The position numbers and the translations under genes are program-made. 64,000 nt of DNA from Scenedesmus sp. PABB004 (Eukaryota), in contig JABVCE010000005.1 of assembly GCA_014905635.1 (NCBI GenBank), positions 1,240,001 to 1,304,000 on the forward strand. Direction: 5' to 3'. How positions within the stretch are numbered: the first letter of the stretch is position 1; each line of letters begins with the position of its first letter. Shown in pieces: positions 1-15,078 of the stretch. Below the pieces are notes generated by a model. The model made no database searches. It was not told the DNA's origin and was given only the letters and a program-made list of their open reading frames with translations.

Positions 1-3000
1 ATACGCCGCGGCGAGGGCCTCGCCGAAGGTGGTCGTGTTGAGGCCTGCCGCGGCTGCAGGCAGAGCAGGGAGGTGCGGCGCGCGCGAGTCGGGGAGGGGT
101 CAGGCCAGGCGGCAGCGCACGGACCGGCGCGCGCGAGGGCCTGGCGCGCCCCCGACCGCGCGGGCTCCCGCCGCACCCGCGCTGCCGCACGCCTCGGCCA
201 CCGGCGCGACCGTCGAGGGGCTGACCGCCGCCTGCACGCACGCGCGCACGTGAGGGTGTGAGCGACCAGGGCGGCGCGGCTGCCGCGGCCGGCGGGCCGC
301 GCGGCGCGGCGGCGCGCGGCGCGGCGAGCCCGCGGCGGCGTGCGCGCCTGCGCGAGGCCGGTGGAGAGCGCGGTCGTGTTCTCCGGCGGGCAGCGCTTGA
401 CGCCGTCGAGGACGGCGGTGGAGTTGGCGGTCTGCAGGCCGCGGCAGACCTCGGCGAGGCTCGCCTCCGCCTGCGCCGCGCGCGCCTCGGCGACCGACGT
501 GGCGATCGCCTCGGCCTGGCCGCCGTCGCCGCCGCCGCCGCTCGCGGTGGCGCTGGCCGCGCTCGTCGCCTCTGCCGGCGGCGGGGCGGGGGCGGCGCGC
601 GGGGCGCGGGGCGGGCGCAGCGTGGGTCGTGCGCGGCGCCGCGCGGCCAGCAGGCGGCGGCGCAGCTGCCGCGCGCCGCGGCGCGCCCCCGCAGGCCCCC
701 GCACTCACGCGCGACGCTGCCGCCGGAGCCGAGGACCTCCGCGGCGGCGTTGGCAGACGCGCTCGCGCGCCCGCCGCCCGTGGCGCGCGCGACGGCCTGC
801 GCGGCGGCCTGGGCCGCCGCCGGCGCGGCGGCGGGCGCCTCGGCGGTGCACACGGCGGGCTGCTGCGTCGCCGGGACGACGGCGGTGTCGGGCGGGCACC
901 CGCCGGTCGCGCAGCCGCCGATTGGCCCGGGCACGCCGGCGATGTTGACCGCGGGCGAGGGGCTGGGGCTCGCCGCCGGGCTGGGGGAGGCCGACGGCGA
1001 CGGAGAGGGCGAGGGCGACGGCGACGGCGGCGCGGGCACCGGGCTGGTGGCCGGCGCCGGGACGGGCGTGAGGACGGGGATGCCGGCCGCGGTCGCGCCG
1101 GCCGGGCTCGGCGAGGGCGCGGGCGAGCCGACGGCGGCCGCGGGGGCGGGCACGGGCAGCACCGCGGGGATGGGCGCGGAGGGGCTGCGGCGCGGCGGCG
1201 CGCGCGCAGCCGTCGGCGGCGACGGCGAGCGGCGGCGGCGCGCGTGCCGCGCGCGCAGCAGGCAGGGCGCGCAGCATGCGCCGCGCCCACACACCTGGGC
1301 GACGCCGCGGGGGACGGGCTGGGCGACGGCGAGGGGCTGGGCGACGCCGCAGGCGAGGGGCTCGGGCTTGGGCTCGGGGACGCCGCGGGCGAGGGGCTCG
1401 GGCTGGCCGCCGGCAGGCACGCCTGCGCGGCGCTCGCGTCGGCCGAGGCGAGCGCGGAGCTAATGGCCTGGCCGTTGCCGGACGCGATCGCCTGGCTGTA
1501 CGCCTCTGCGGCGGTCAGGGACGGATGGAGGGGGCGGCGGCAGGGGTGGGCGCGCGGGCGGCAGCGCAGCCGCGCGGCCGCGCGCGGCGCGCCCAGGCGG
1601 CAGCGCCGCGCGGCTCACGCGCGAGCGCCTGCGCGGCGGGGCTGCCGCAGCCGCCGCCCGCCGACGCGATGGCCTGGCTGACGGCCTGGGCGGCCGCGGA
1701 CGCGGCCGGGCAGTTGCAGGTGAGGTCCTGGCGCAGCTGGGTGGGGCTCGTCACGTTGACCGCGGGTGCGGGGCTGGCGCTGGGGCTGGGGCTGGGGCTG
1801 ATGCTCTCGATGGCCGCCACGGGCGACGGCGACGCCGCAGGCGCCGGCACCGAGCTGCGGCGGGGCGTGCAGGGCGCCACGGCGGCAGGCCGGCGTCAGC
1901 GCGGAGCGCGCAGCGCGCAGCACGCGTGCAAGCCAGCGGGCGCCCATCGCCGCGCGCCACGCCGCGCCCACCTGGGGCTCGGGGACGCCGCGGGCGAGGG
2001 GCTCGGGCTGGCCGCCGGCAGGCACGCCTGCGCGGCGCTCGCGTCGGCCGAGGCGAGCGCGGAGCTGAAGGCCTGGCCGTTGCCCTGCGCCACGGCCTGG
2101 CTGTACGCCTCTGCGGCGGTCAGGGAGGGATGGAGGGGGTGGCGGCAGGGTGGGCGCGCGGGCGGCAGCACAGCCGCGCGGCGCGCCCAGGCGACGGCGC
2201 TGCGCGGCTCACGCGCGAGCGCCTGCGCGGCGGGGCTGCCGCAGCCGCCGCCGGCGGACGCGATGGCCTGGCTGATCGCGGTCGCGGTGGCCGCCGCCGC
2301 GGGGGTGCCGCTGGTGAGGTCCTGGTTGAGCTGGGTGGGGCTCGTGACGTTGGCGGGCGCGGGCGAGGCCGTGGCGGGCGCCGGCGTGGGGGAGGTGGTG
2401 ACGTTGGCGGGCGCCGGGGCCGGGGAGGCGGTCACGTTGGTCGGCGCCGGGGCCGGGGAGGTGGAGACGTTGGTCGGCGCCGGCGTGGGCGAGGCAGACG
2501 CGGGCGCGGGCGCGGGCGAGCCGACGACCACGACGGCGGGGGCGGGCGAGGGCGAGGGCGTCGGGGTGACAACCACCGGCACCACGGGCACCACCGCCGG
2601 CGTGGCGTTGACGGGCGCCGGCGGGGCCGTCACGTTGGCGGCCGGCGCCGGCGACGGCGAAGAGGCGGGCGCGGGCGACGCCGCCGCGGGCGCGGTGGGC
2701 AGGCAGTCGTTGACGGCGCTCGCGGTCGCGGCGGTCGCGGCAAACGCGTCGCCCTTGCCCTGCGTGTTGGCCAGGCCCTGCGCGGCTGCGGCGCGCGGCG
2801 CGGGCGGGCGGGCGGGCGGGCGGGCGGGCGGGTGGGCGCGGGCGGTGCGGGGCGGCCGGCACAGCGCGCGCGCAGCGCCGCCGCCGCGCGGCGCGGACCT
2901 GCCAGCGTGTTGCCGATGTTGCCGCAGCCGCCGGCGGAGGCGATCGACTGCGCGAGCGCCGCGGCGGTGGCGGCGCCGGCGGGGCAGCCGCAGGTGAAGG

Positions 3001-3765
3001 CAGCGTTGACCGCCTCGGCGACGGCCTCGCTCGACGCCTGGGCGTTGCCTGCGGGCGGCGGGGCGCGGCGCGCGGCGCGCGGTCAGGCGCGCCCGCGGCG
3101 CTGCGCAGCGCGGGGCCGCGGGCGCGGCGCGGCGCGGCGCGGCGCGGCGCGGCGCGCACCGCCGGCGGCCGCCTCGGCAACCGCTTCAGCCACCGCGTTG
3201 GCGTTGCCGGACGCGACGGCGCTGGAGATGGCCTGGGCGCTGCCGCTGCGCAGCGCGTTGCAGATGGCCTGGGCCTGCGCGGCGGGGAGGGGCGGGGCGG
3301 GCGGGCGGGTCCCAGGCGGCAGCGCTCGCGCGGCGGCGGGAGCGCAGCCGGCGCGCACCTGGGCGTTTGAGGTGGCGGTGGAGTTGCCCGTCGCGACGGC
3401 CTGCGCGGCCGCGGTGGCGCTGCAGATGCCGCCGGCGGGCGCCGGGGAGGAGGCCGCCTGGTGCAGGGTGCGCGCGCCTGCGTGCGGGGGGCGGCCGGCG
3501 GCAGCAAACGTCGGCGCCGCGCGCGCGCGGCGGCGCGGGACGCGGCGCCCCGCCGCCGCGCGGCACGGCGGCCGCCGCCGGCGCACGCGATCTGGGCCCG
3601 CGCCGGGCAGCGGATGGCGGCGCGCGGCGCCGGCGCCGCGCAGGCGCGGGCGCGGGCAGCCCCTCGCGCGCGCGCGCGCGCCGGATCACCTGCGGCGCCG
3701 CTGGCGAGGGCCAGCAGCACGCAGAGCGCGGCCGGCAGCATCGCGGTGCGGGTGGGGGAGCCCAT
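1..3765 (-). CDS. Secreted Ser-Pro/Pro-Thr-rich (HRGP-like) protein with repeated Ala-rich Cys-bounded modules; multi-exon, 3' end lies outside the window
   Basis: ATG at 3765 (MGSPTRTAMLPAALCVLLALASGAA, signal-peptide-like). Exons such as QDLTCNCPAASAAAQAVSQAIASAGGGCGSPAAQALA and EAYSQAVAQGNGQAFSSALASADASAAQACLP alternate with SPSPSP and PAPANVT linkers, separated by GT..CAG introns. Coding-like sequence (AAAGLNTTTFGEALAAAY) runs off position 1. Confidence 0.8.
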
Positions 3766-3888
3766 GGCGGGCGGCGCGGCGCGCGGCGGCGCGGAGATCA
3801 AGCCGTGTCGCGCGTCGCAGGCGCGCGTGCGGACGGGCTGGCGCTGCGTTGGGGTGTCGGGGGGCCTGTCTGGATCAAGGGGCGCTGC

Positions 3889-3895
3889 TTTTATG
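3889..3895 (-). promoter_or_regulatory. TATA-like box (CATAAAA) of the left glycoprotein gene
   Basis: The only AT-rich island in the arm, ~130 nt upstream of the ATG at 3765; mirror of 4569-4575. Confidence 0.55.
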
Positions 3896-4568
3896 CCCCG
3901 CTCAGGCGGTTGCTGACGCGCAACGGGCCTGCGCGCCCAGACCCTGCTGCCGCGCACGGCGCGCTCCACCGCCCAGGAGCCGCTCGGACACGGGCGCATT
4001 TGCGGCGCCGACAGCGCCACGCCACGCGCGGCGCCGCCCGATGCCCGGCGCGGCGGGGCCGCCAGCTGGCAGCGGCGGGAACGGCCGCCGCGCCGCGCCG
4101 TGCGGCCCCTGGCCCGGGCGCTGGTCGAGGCGGGACGGCCGGGACGGACTGCACCGCCGGGGTGCCGCTGGAGCCCGCAGCAGCGCCGCAGCGGGCGGCG
4201 CAAGCATAGCGGGACCCCGCGTCGGGCGTCGGCCGCGAGCGTGCCGCGGTCCCGCTATGCTTGCGCCGCCCGCTGCGGCGCTGCTGCGGGCTCCAGCGGC
4301 ACCCCGGCGGTGCAGTCCGTCCCGGCCGTCCCGCCTCGACCAGCGCCCGGGCCAGGGGCCGCACGGCGCGGCGCGGCGGCCGTTCCCGCCGCTGCCAGCT
4401 GGCGGCCCCGCCGCGCCGGGCATCGGGCGGCGCCGCGCGTGGCGTGGCGCTGTCGGCGCCGCAAATGCGCCCGTGTCCGAGCGGCTCCTGGGCGGTGGAG
4501 CGCGCCGTGCGCGGCAGCAGGGTCTGGGCGCGCAGGCCCGTTGCGCGTCAGCAACCGCCTGAGCGGGG

Positions 4569-4575
4569 CATAAAA
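4569..4575 (+). promoter_or_regulatory. TATA-like box (CATAAAA) of the right glycoprotein gene
   Basis: AT-rich island ~130 nt upstream of the ATG at 4699. Confidence 0.55.
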
Positions 4576-4698
4576 GCAGCGCCCCTTGATCCAGACAGGC
4601 CCCCCGACACCCCAACGCAGCGCCAGCCCGTCCGCACGCGCGCCTGCGACGCGCGACACGGCTTGATCTCCGCGCCGCCGCGCGCCGCGCCGCCCGCC

Positions 4699-5821
4699 AT
4701 GGGCTCCCCCACCCGCACCGCGATGCTGCCGGCCGCGCTCTGCGTGCTGCTGGCCCTCGCCAGCGGCGCCGCAGGTGATCCGGGCGCGCGCGCGCGCGCG
4801 AGGGGCTGCCCGCGCCCGCGCCTGCGCGGCGCCGGCGCCGCGCGCCGCCATCCGCTGCCCGGCGCGGGCCCAGATCGCGTGCGCCGGCGGCGGCCGCCGT
4901 GCCGCGCGGCGGCGGCGCCGCGTCCCGCGCCGCCGCGCGCGCGCGCGGCGGCTGACGTTTGCTTCCGCCGCCCGCACGCAGGCGCGCGCACCCTGCACCA
5001 GGCGGCCCCCTCCCCTGCGCCCGCCGGCGGCATCTGCAGCGCCACCGCGGCCGCGCAGGCCGTCGCGACGCAGGGCGGGACCGCCATCTCGCAGGCGCAG
5101 GCGCAGGCGCTCTGCAACGCGCTGCGCAGCGGCTCGGGTGTGGCGGAGGCCGTCTCGTCCGCCACCGCTGCCGGCAACGCGCAGGCGGTGGGCGAGGCTA
5201 TCGCCGAGGTGGTCGGCTCCGGTGAGCGGCGCGGAATGCTTGCGCGCGCCGCGCGCCGCCGCCGCCCGCTCTGATCAGCCGCCCGCGCCGCCGCCGCGCG
5301 CCGCCGCGCCGACCAGGCCAGGCGAGCTCGACCGCCGCGGCCGAGGCCATCGGGACCGCCCTGACCTGCGGCTGCCCCGCCGCGCCCGCCACCGCGGCCG
5401 CGCTGTCCAACGCCATCGCCTCGGGCGGCTGCGGCCCCTACAGCCAGGCGCTCGCGGGTGGGCCGCGCCGCGCCGCCGACGCGACCCCCGCCCGCCCGCC
5501 CGCCCGTGGCGCTGCCGGCCCGGCCGCGCCCCCCTGCCGACTGCCGCGACGCCCGCCGCGCCGCCGCGCGCAGAGGCTGCCTCCACCGCGCAGGCGTCGG
5601 GCCAGGGCCAGGCGTTTGCCAACGCGCTGGCCAGCGCGGAGGGCGTCAACGCGTGCCTGCCGGCCACGAGCCCCGCCCCGGCGGCGAGCCCCAGCCCGAG
5701 CCCGGCGCCGGTCACCGTGGTCGGCTCGCCCACGCCGTCGCCGTCGCCGTCGCCGTCGCCCAGCCCGAGCCGCGCCCGGCGTCGCCCTCTCCCTCGCCCT
5801 CTCCGTCGCCCTCGCCTCGCC

Positions 5822-5852
<31 letters not shown>

Positions 5853-7891
5853 GCCCAGCCCGCGGCCGAGCCCGAGCCCGAGCCCGCCGGTCTCCGTGGT
5901 CGGCTCGCCCGCGCCCTCTCCCTCGCGCAGCCCGAGCCCCAGGTGGGTGCGGCGCGGTTGCCGGCGCGCGCGCGTCGCTGCACGCTGCGCGCTCCGCGTG
6001 CGCTGTGCCCCGCTGCGCGCTGCTCGGCGTCAATGGCTGCCCGCCGCCGTGGCGCGCGCCCCGCCGCGCTCGCAGCCCGGTGCCGTCAGCGGTCATCACG
6101 AGCCCCAGCCCCAGCCCCAGCGCCAGCCCCGCGCCGACCAACCCCGCGCGCATCCAGCAGGACCTCACCTGCAACTGCCCGGCGGCGGCGGCCACCGCGA
6201 CCGCCGTCAGCCAGGCCATCGCGTCCGCCGGCGGCGGCTGCGGCAGCCCCGCCGCGCAGGCGCTCGCGCGTGAGCCGCGCGGCGCCGTCGCCTGGGCGTG
6301 CCGCGCGGCTGCGCTGCCGCCCGCGCGCCCACCCCTGCCGCCGACCCCTCCATCCCTCCCTGACCGCCGCAGAGGCGTACAGCCAGGCCGTGGCGCAGGG
6401 CAACGGCCAGGCCTTCAGCTCCGCGCTCGCCTCGGCCGACGCGAGCGCCGCGCAGGCGTGCCTGCCGGCGGCCAGCCCGAGCCCCTCGCCCGCGGCGTCC
6501 CCGAGCCCCAGGTGGGCGCGGCGTGGCGCGCGGCGATGGGCGCCCGCTGGCTTGCGCGCGCGCTGCGCGCTGCGCGCTCCGCGCTGACGCCGACCTGCCG
6601 CCGTGCCGCCCCGCACGCCCCGCCGCAGCCCGGTGCCGGCGCCTGCGGTGTCGCCGTCGCCGTCGCCCGTGGCGGCCATCGAGAGCATCAGCCCCAGCCC
6701 CAGCCCCAGCCCCGCGCCGGCGCCGCCCACCACGCGGCCGACAATCTGCTCCGGCGGCGGCGCCAGCGCGTCTGCAGTCTCCTCCGCCATCGCCCAGGCC
6801 TCGGGCGGCGGCAGCGCGGCGGCGCAGGCGTCCTCCACCGCGCAGGCGCTGTCGCCGCTGTGCTCAGGCGTGGCCTCGGCCAACAGCCAGGCCATCGCCC
6901 AGAGCGTGGTCAGCGCGCCCGCCGGCTCCGCGCCCGCGGTGTCCACCGCGCTGGCGCAGGCCGGTGCGCGCGGCTCGGCGAGCCCCCCGCGCGGCCGCGC
7001 CGCGCCGCCGCCGCCGCGCGCGTGCTCACTGCCGCCGCCGCGCCGCCGCTGCCGCCGCCGCCGCAGCCGCCAACGCGCAGACCGCCGGCGCCGTCGCCGA
7101 GGCTGCGGCGTCCACGGCGGCCGCGGGCGGCAACACCACGGCCTACGCGGAGGCGATCGCGACCGCGCTCGCTGCCGGCGGCGCGCCCGCGCAGGCGATG
7201 AGCTCCGCACTGTCGCAGGTGCGCGCGCGCGCCGCGGGCGCCCGGGCTGCCCCGCGGCCGGCCGCGCCGCGCGCGCGACGGCCGCCGCCTGCCACTGCCG
7301 CCCGCCGCCCGCAGGCCGCCGCCACCGGCGGCTGCGCCGGCGTCGCCCAGGCGCTCGCGCGTGAGTGGGGCGCGCGGCGCGCCCTGCGCGCTGCCTCGCC
7401 AGCAGTGCCGTCGCCGCTGCCGACGCGCGCGAGCGCCGCGCGCGCCCGCAGAGGCCGAGACCGTGGCTGCGTCCCAGGGCAACGCCACCGCCGCCGCCGA
7501 AGCGCGCGCTGAGGCCGCTTCGCTGTGCCCGCCCGGCCGCCCGCGTCGCGCCGCGCCCGCGTCGCCCGCGCCCGCGTCGCCCGCGCCCGCCGGCGGCGTC
7601 GCCGCCGCGGGTGTGGGCGCGGGCGCCGGCCTGCGCCGCTGCAACGCCGCCTTTGTCGGCGACTGCTGCGCCGGCCGCTTCGCGGCGGGCCAGGAGTGCA
7701 GCTGCACCAGGTGCGCCGCGCGCGCCGCGCCTGGCGGGCTGCACAGCGCGCGCGCGCCCCGGCCGTGTGCTGAGCGGCCGCCGCTGCCGCCGCTCCGCAG
7801 CACCGGCGGGCTGTGCCTGCGCCGCGTGGTGTCTCTCAACCCCACCGTGGTGCAGACGGGCGGCATCGCCGCCACGCGCTGCGTGTGCTAG
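4699..7891 (+). CDS. Secreted Ser-Pro-rich (HRGP-like) protein, paralog of the left gene, with Ala/Cys modules and a C-terminal 8-Cys domain; multi-exon
   Basis: Same signal peptide as the left gene; (SP)n tract at ~5690-5940 with an apparent frameshift near 5770; ends in CNAAFVGDCCAGRFAAGQECSCT/STGGLCLRRVVSLNPTVVQTGGIAATRCVC, TAG at 7889-7891. Confidence 0.8.
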
Positions 7892-8766
7892 GCGGCAAGC
7901 GCGCCGCGCCGCGCGGCGGCGGCGCCGCGTGCGCGCGTGAGTGCGTCCGGGACCCTGCACCGCGCGAGTGCGGCCGGGGAGCTTGATCAGAGCTTACTTA
8001 CTTGACCAGAGCATTTAGACCAGGGCGGCGCCGGCGCGACAACGCACTCCCACAAACCCCAACCCCCACGCTGCACGCGCCGCGCCGCGCGCCCCGCGCG
8101 CGCCGCCCCTGTGCCCCGCCCCCGGGTTGCGTGTGCATCTTCCATGGCTCCGGCGGCCGACCTTGACTCCGCGGCGGGCGCACGCGAGGCCCGCCGCGCG
8201 CTGGCTTGGCAGTGGGGGCGGGGCGGGGCTACGGGGCCGCCCCTGGAGCAGGGGCGCGCGCGCGGGCGGCGGCGGCGGGCGACTGCATTGGCTGCGTCGT
8301 GCCCGGCGGCCTGCATCAGGCGTAACCGCAACGACGTTGAAGAGTTACGGCCCGCGCGCCGGACCCCAGCAGCGCCGCCGCCGGGGCAGCAGCGCGCGTC
8401 GCAGCGCCGTCGCGCCGCCGCCGCGCGCGTCAAGCGGCCGCCCGCCCGCCGGCCCGCGTCACGCGCCGCAGCAGGGGTGACGGTGGTGGTTGGGGAGGGA
8501 AGGGGGTCCGCACCGCAGTGCGACAGAAGGAAGGGTGAGAGAGAGGGACGCGCAGTCAAACAGCGGCCAACGCGTGCGCACGCGCCGCAGACCAGCCATT
8601 TTTTTCAGGCGTGCGCGGGCACGCCTGTTATTGACGCCGCGCGCCGTGTCGAGAGCTGCGGTTGGGTTGAAACGCCTGCTGCGAAGTTCACGACGGCGGC
8701 GGCCGGGCACGCGGCCGCGGCGAGGCCCGAGGCCCGGCCCGGCTCCGCCAGGCGACGCCGCCGCCG

Positions 8767-10230
8767 CTACGACGCCGCGCCGCCGCGGAACAGCCGCCAG
8801 CCGCCGCCCGCGGCGTGCTGCTGCTGCGCCGCCGGCGCGTCCGCGGCCCCCGCCGCGTCCGCCGCCCTGGGCGGCGCGTTGGCCTTGTGTTCGAGCATGC
8901 GGCGGTGCCAGCACTCGAGCTTGAGCGCGTGCGCGCCGCTCGCCGTGTCCTTGATGGCGATCTGCATCGGCTGCCCGTCCAGCACCTGCGCCGGGCGGGC
9001 GGCGACGCGTGGGCGCGCGTTGACATCACCCACCCACACGCGCAAACGCGCACGCACGCACGCACAGCACACGCGGCAGACGCGCGCGCCCCCGGGGCCG
9101 CGCGCCTGCACGAGGTCGAGCTTGAGCAGCGGGAAGGGCAGGAGGAAGGTCGCGTAGTCGAGCGCGGCGTCATACAGCTCAAACGTCCACGTGTTGACCG
9201 TGTCGTAGCTCCGCCCCGCGCGGCCCGCGGGCGAGCCAAAGAGCGCGCGGCGCCGCGCCGCGCCCAGCGCGGCGCCACACGGCGCCGACAGGCCCGCGTC
9301 GTGCGCGCGCATGTCCTCGGCCGCGCCGAGCAGCGCCGGCGGCGCGCGGCCGGGCGGCGTGACGTGGATGGCCTGCGCCGCGGCGGCGAGGGGCGCGAGG
9401 ATGTGCGGGCGCTCGCCGGCCGGGGAGACCTGCACGCCGGAGCCCATCTTTGAGGCGAGCCACGAGCAGGCGCGCCCGAGCAGCGCGCCCGCGGGCAGCT
9501 TGAGCGGGCGCGCAAACTCGCTGCCAAGCACGAGCGCGTCAAATGACACCGGCTGCTTGAACCGGCCCTGCGCGGCGGCGCGGTCAGCGGCGCGGTGCGT
9601 GCGTCGGCGAGGCCGGCGGCACCGGCGCCGCCCCGCAGCGCAGCGCCCCGCGCGCGCGCGCACCTGCAGCGCGATCCACATGAGGCGCGCCTTGCCGTCA
9701 AACGCGGCCGCCACGTCCTCGGGCGTGTTGGGCATGCGCCGGAAGAGCACGACCAGGCGCCCGCTGAAGAGGGGCGTCTCCACCTCCACCGCGCGGGACA
9801 GGTCGTTGAAGGGCACCGTGCCGTGCGCGTCGCTCAGCAGCGGCGTGGCGGTCTGCGCGCGCGAGGCGGCGACGCCGCGCGTGAAACGCGCGCCTGGCCA
9901 GCCAGGCTGCGCCGCGGCGCCGCGCGGCTGCCCCACCTGCTGCGGCGCGCCCGGGGAGCGCAGGATGAGGTCGGCGCCGCCCTGGAAGGCGGCCAGCGGG
10001 GGCACGCCCGCGGCCGGGGCCGGGGCCGGCGGCAGCAGCGCCGCCACACACGCGCCCGCCACGGGCGGCGCCTTGCCCAGGCTGCCCGCGCGGCTCAGGG
10101 GCTGCTGCGCCGGCAGCAGCGCGCCAGCGCGGCTCGCAGTGTCGAGCGCTGGGCGGGCGTCGCCGTCGCGCGTGCGGGCGGTGGAGCTGGCCATCGAGAG
10201 CGGCGCCCACACGCTCGCCGCCTGCGGCAT
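8767..10230 (-). CDS. DUF1769-family protein (about 3 exons)
   Basis: VPFND..VEVETPLFSGRLVVLFR..FDGKARLMWIALQ/GRFKQPV..LVLGSEFARPLKLP and a downstream RRALF..WTFELYD..LDY motif match my recollection of DUF1769. The start codon (10230) is uncertain. Confidence 0.7.
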   Translation of the reverse strand: MPQAASVWAPLSMASSTARTRDGDARPALDTASRAGALLPAQQPLSRAGSLGKAPPVAGACVAALLPPAPAPAAGVPPLAAFQGGADLILRSPGAPQQVGQPRGAAAQPGWPGARFTRGVAASRAQTATPLLSDAHGTVPFNDLSRAVEVETPLFSGRLVVLFRRMPNTPEDVAAAFDGKARLMWIALQVRARAGRCAAGRRRCRRPRRRTHRAADRAAAQGRFKQPVSFDALVLGSEFARPLKLPAGALLGRACSWLASKMGSGVQVSPAGERPHILAPLAAAAQAIHVTPPGRAPPALLGAAEDMRAHDAGLSAPCGAALGAARRRALFGSPAGRAGRSYDTVNTWTFELYDAALDYATFLLPFPLLKLDLVQARGPGGARVCRVCCACVRARLRVWVGDVNARPRVAARPAQVLDGQPMQIAIKDTASGAHALKLECWHRRMLEHKANAPPRAADAAGAADAPAAQQQHAAGGGWRLFRGGAAS

Positions 10231-10848
10231 CGTATGGCTGCGTGCGGTGTCCCAGGAGGTGTGGCGCTGACTTGGGGGCGTGTCGCGCTTGGCGAAGGGG
10301 GCTGCGGGGCCGCCTGGAGCGCGACCAGGGCTGGGTGGGACCAAGGGCGAGCGGGGCGAGCGTGTGTCGCGCGTGGGCCGGGCGACGACGGCGCGACCCG
10401 CTCGGACGGTGGGGGAGATGGCGGGGATGAGGAGCGGCGCGCGTGATGAGGCGGAGGGAGGCCGGGCCAACCTTGAATCGCGCCACTGGGCCCGCGGCTG
10501 GCAAAACCTGCCACGGGCGCCCGAGCGCCCGCCCGACGCGCTGTGAGCTTCCTGGCAGCTGGCACACGCGGTGGGAACAGCGCCAGGCCGCGACGGGCGC
10601 GCGCGGGGCGGCGGCCCCGCGACCGCGCGCGCTCGCCGCCGCCGGCGCAGCGCGCCGGCGCACGCTCGGCCACAGCTCAGCGCAGCCACACAGTTCAGTC
10701 ACAGGCCCGCGACGACCCCGCTGACTACCCGCGCTGCGCGGCGCCGCGCGCGCGTCCGAGCAGTGCGCCCGCCCGCCCCCGCTGCCTGCGCCCGCCCCTC
10801 TCGGCCCGCGCCCGCCGCTCTCCCCCCGCGCCCGCCCGACCGCGCGCG

Positions 10849-14290
<3,442 letters not shown>

Positions 14291-15078
14291 GGTGGTTGGG
14301 CGGCGCCTGCGCGGCGAGCAGCGGCGGCGGCGCGGCGGCGCGCGGCGATCAGCTGCCCCCGGCCGGCCGCTGCGGCGGGCAAGGGATCGCGCTGTCGCCC
14401 TTCACTCATGCCCGGGGTGGGGCCCAGCGGCCCTGCCGCCGCCCCGCTGCGCGCAGGAGGGCGCGGGCGCGCGCGAGCCAGCAGCAGCGCCCGCCCCGCG
14501 CGCTGGGCGCCTGGCAGGGCGCGCTCATGCCGTGCGTGCTCAAGCTGGCGCCCGCTGCGTACCTGCCGCAGGAGTGGCGCGCTGGGTGCGTGGAGCGTGG
14601 GCAGAACGAGCGCGATGCTCGATGCTCGCCCGCGGGCGCTGGCGCCTGTGGCGTCGCGACCTGCCCCCGCTCGCTCGCTGTTTGCGTGCGCGGGAAAAAT
14701 GATGGTGGCGACAGGCCGCCCAGGGCGCGAGCCGTGCAGGGACAGCGATGATTGCCGCGGGCACAAGCGCAGTGCCCTGGGCGGCGTGCTCGGTCACGCC
14801 CGCCACCCGCGGGCCCGTAGCGCTTGCCCACCCACCAAACGCCCACCGCCACCGCCGCGTCGCGCGCGGGAGCGCCGCGCGCGCCTGGGCGCGCGCTCTC
14901 GCGCGCGCAGCACGCCGCGCGGTCGGCCGCGAGCTGTGTGTGCAAGCTCATCACTTGCGCCCTCGACTGGCTGAGCCGCGAGCCATTTACCGCCCCCATC
15001 TGCCGCCTCCTGCGCCGCGCGACCGCCCCGCGCGCCCCGGGCCCCGCCCAACCGCCCCAACCCCCGCCCGCCCGCCCC

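Larger units (their letters stand above)
3390..5070. repeat. Long inverted repeat (palindrome) centred at 4232 with a 31-nt spacer (4217-4247)
   Basis: Symmetric positions sum to 8464 (4216/4248, TATA-like 3895/4569, ATG 3765/4699). Arms looked identical wherever I compared them out to ~3680/4783, then near-identical with small indels to ~3390/5070. Confidence 0.95.

Noticed and set aside
2330..2660. CRISPR-like repeat-spacer array
   Set aside because: These are degenerate in-frame coding repeats (PAPANVT..SP) with codon-position variation in a eukaryotic gene; no cas genes.
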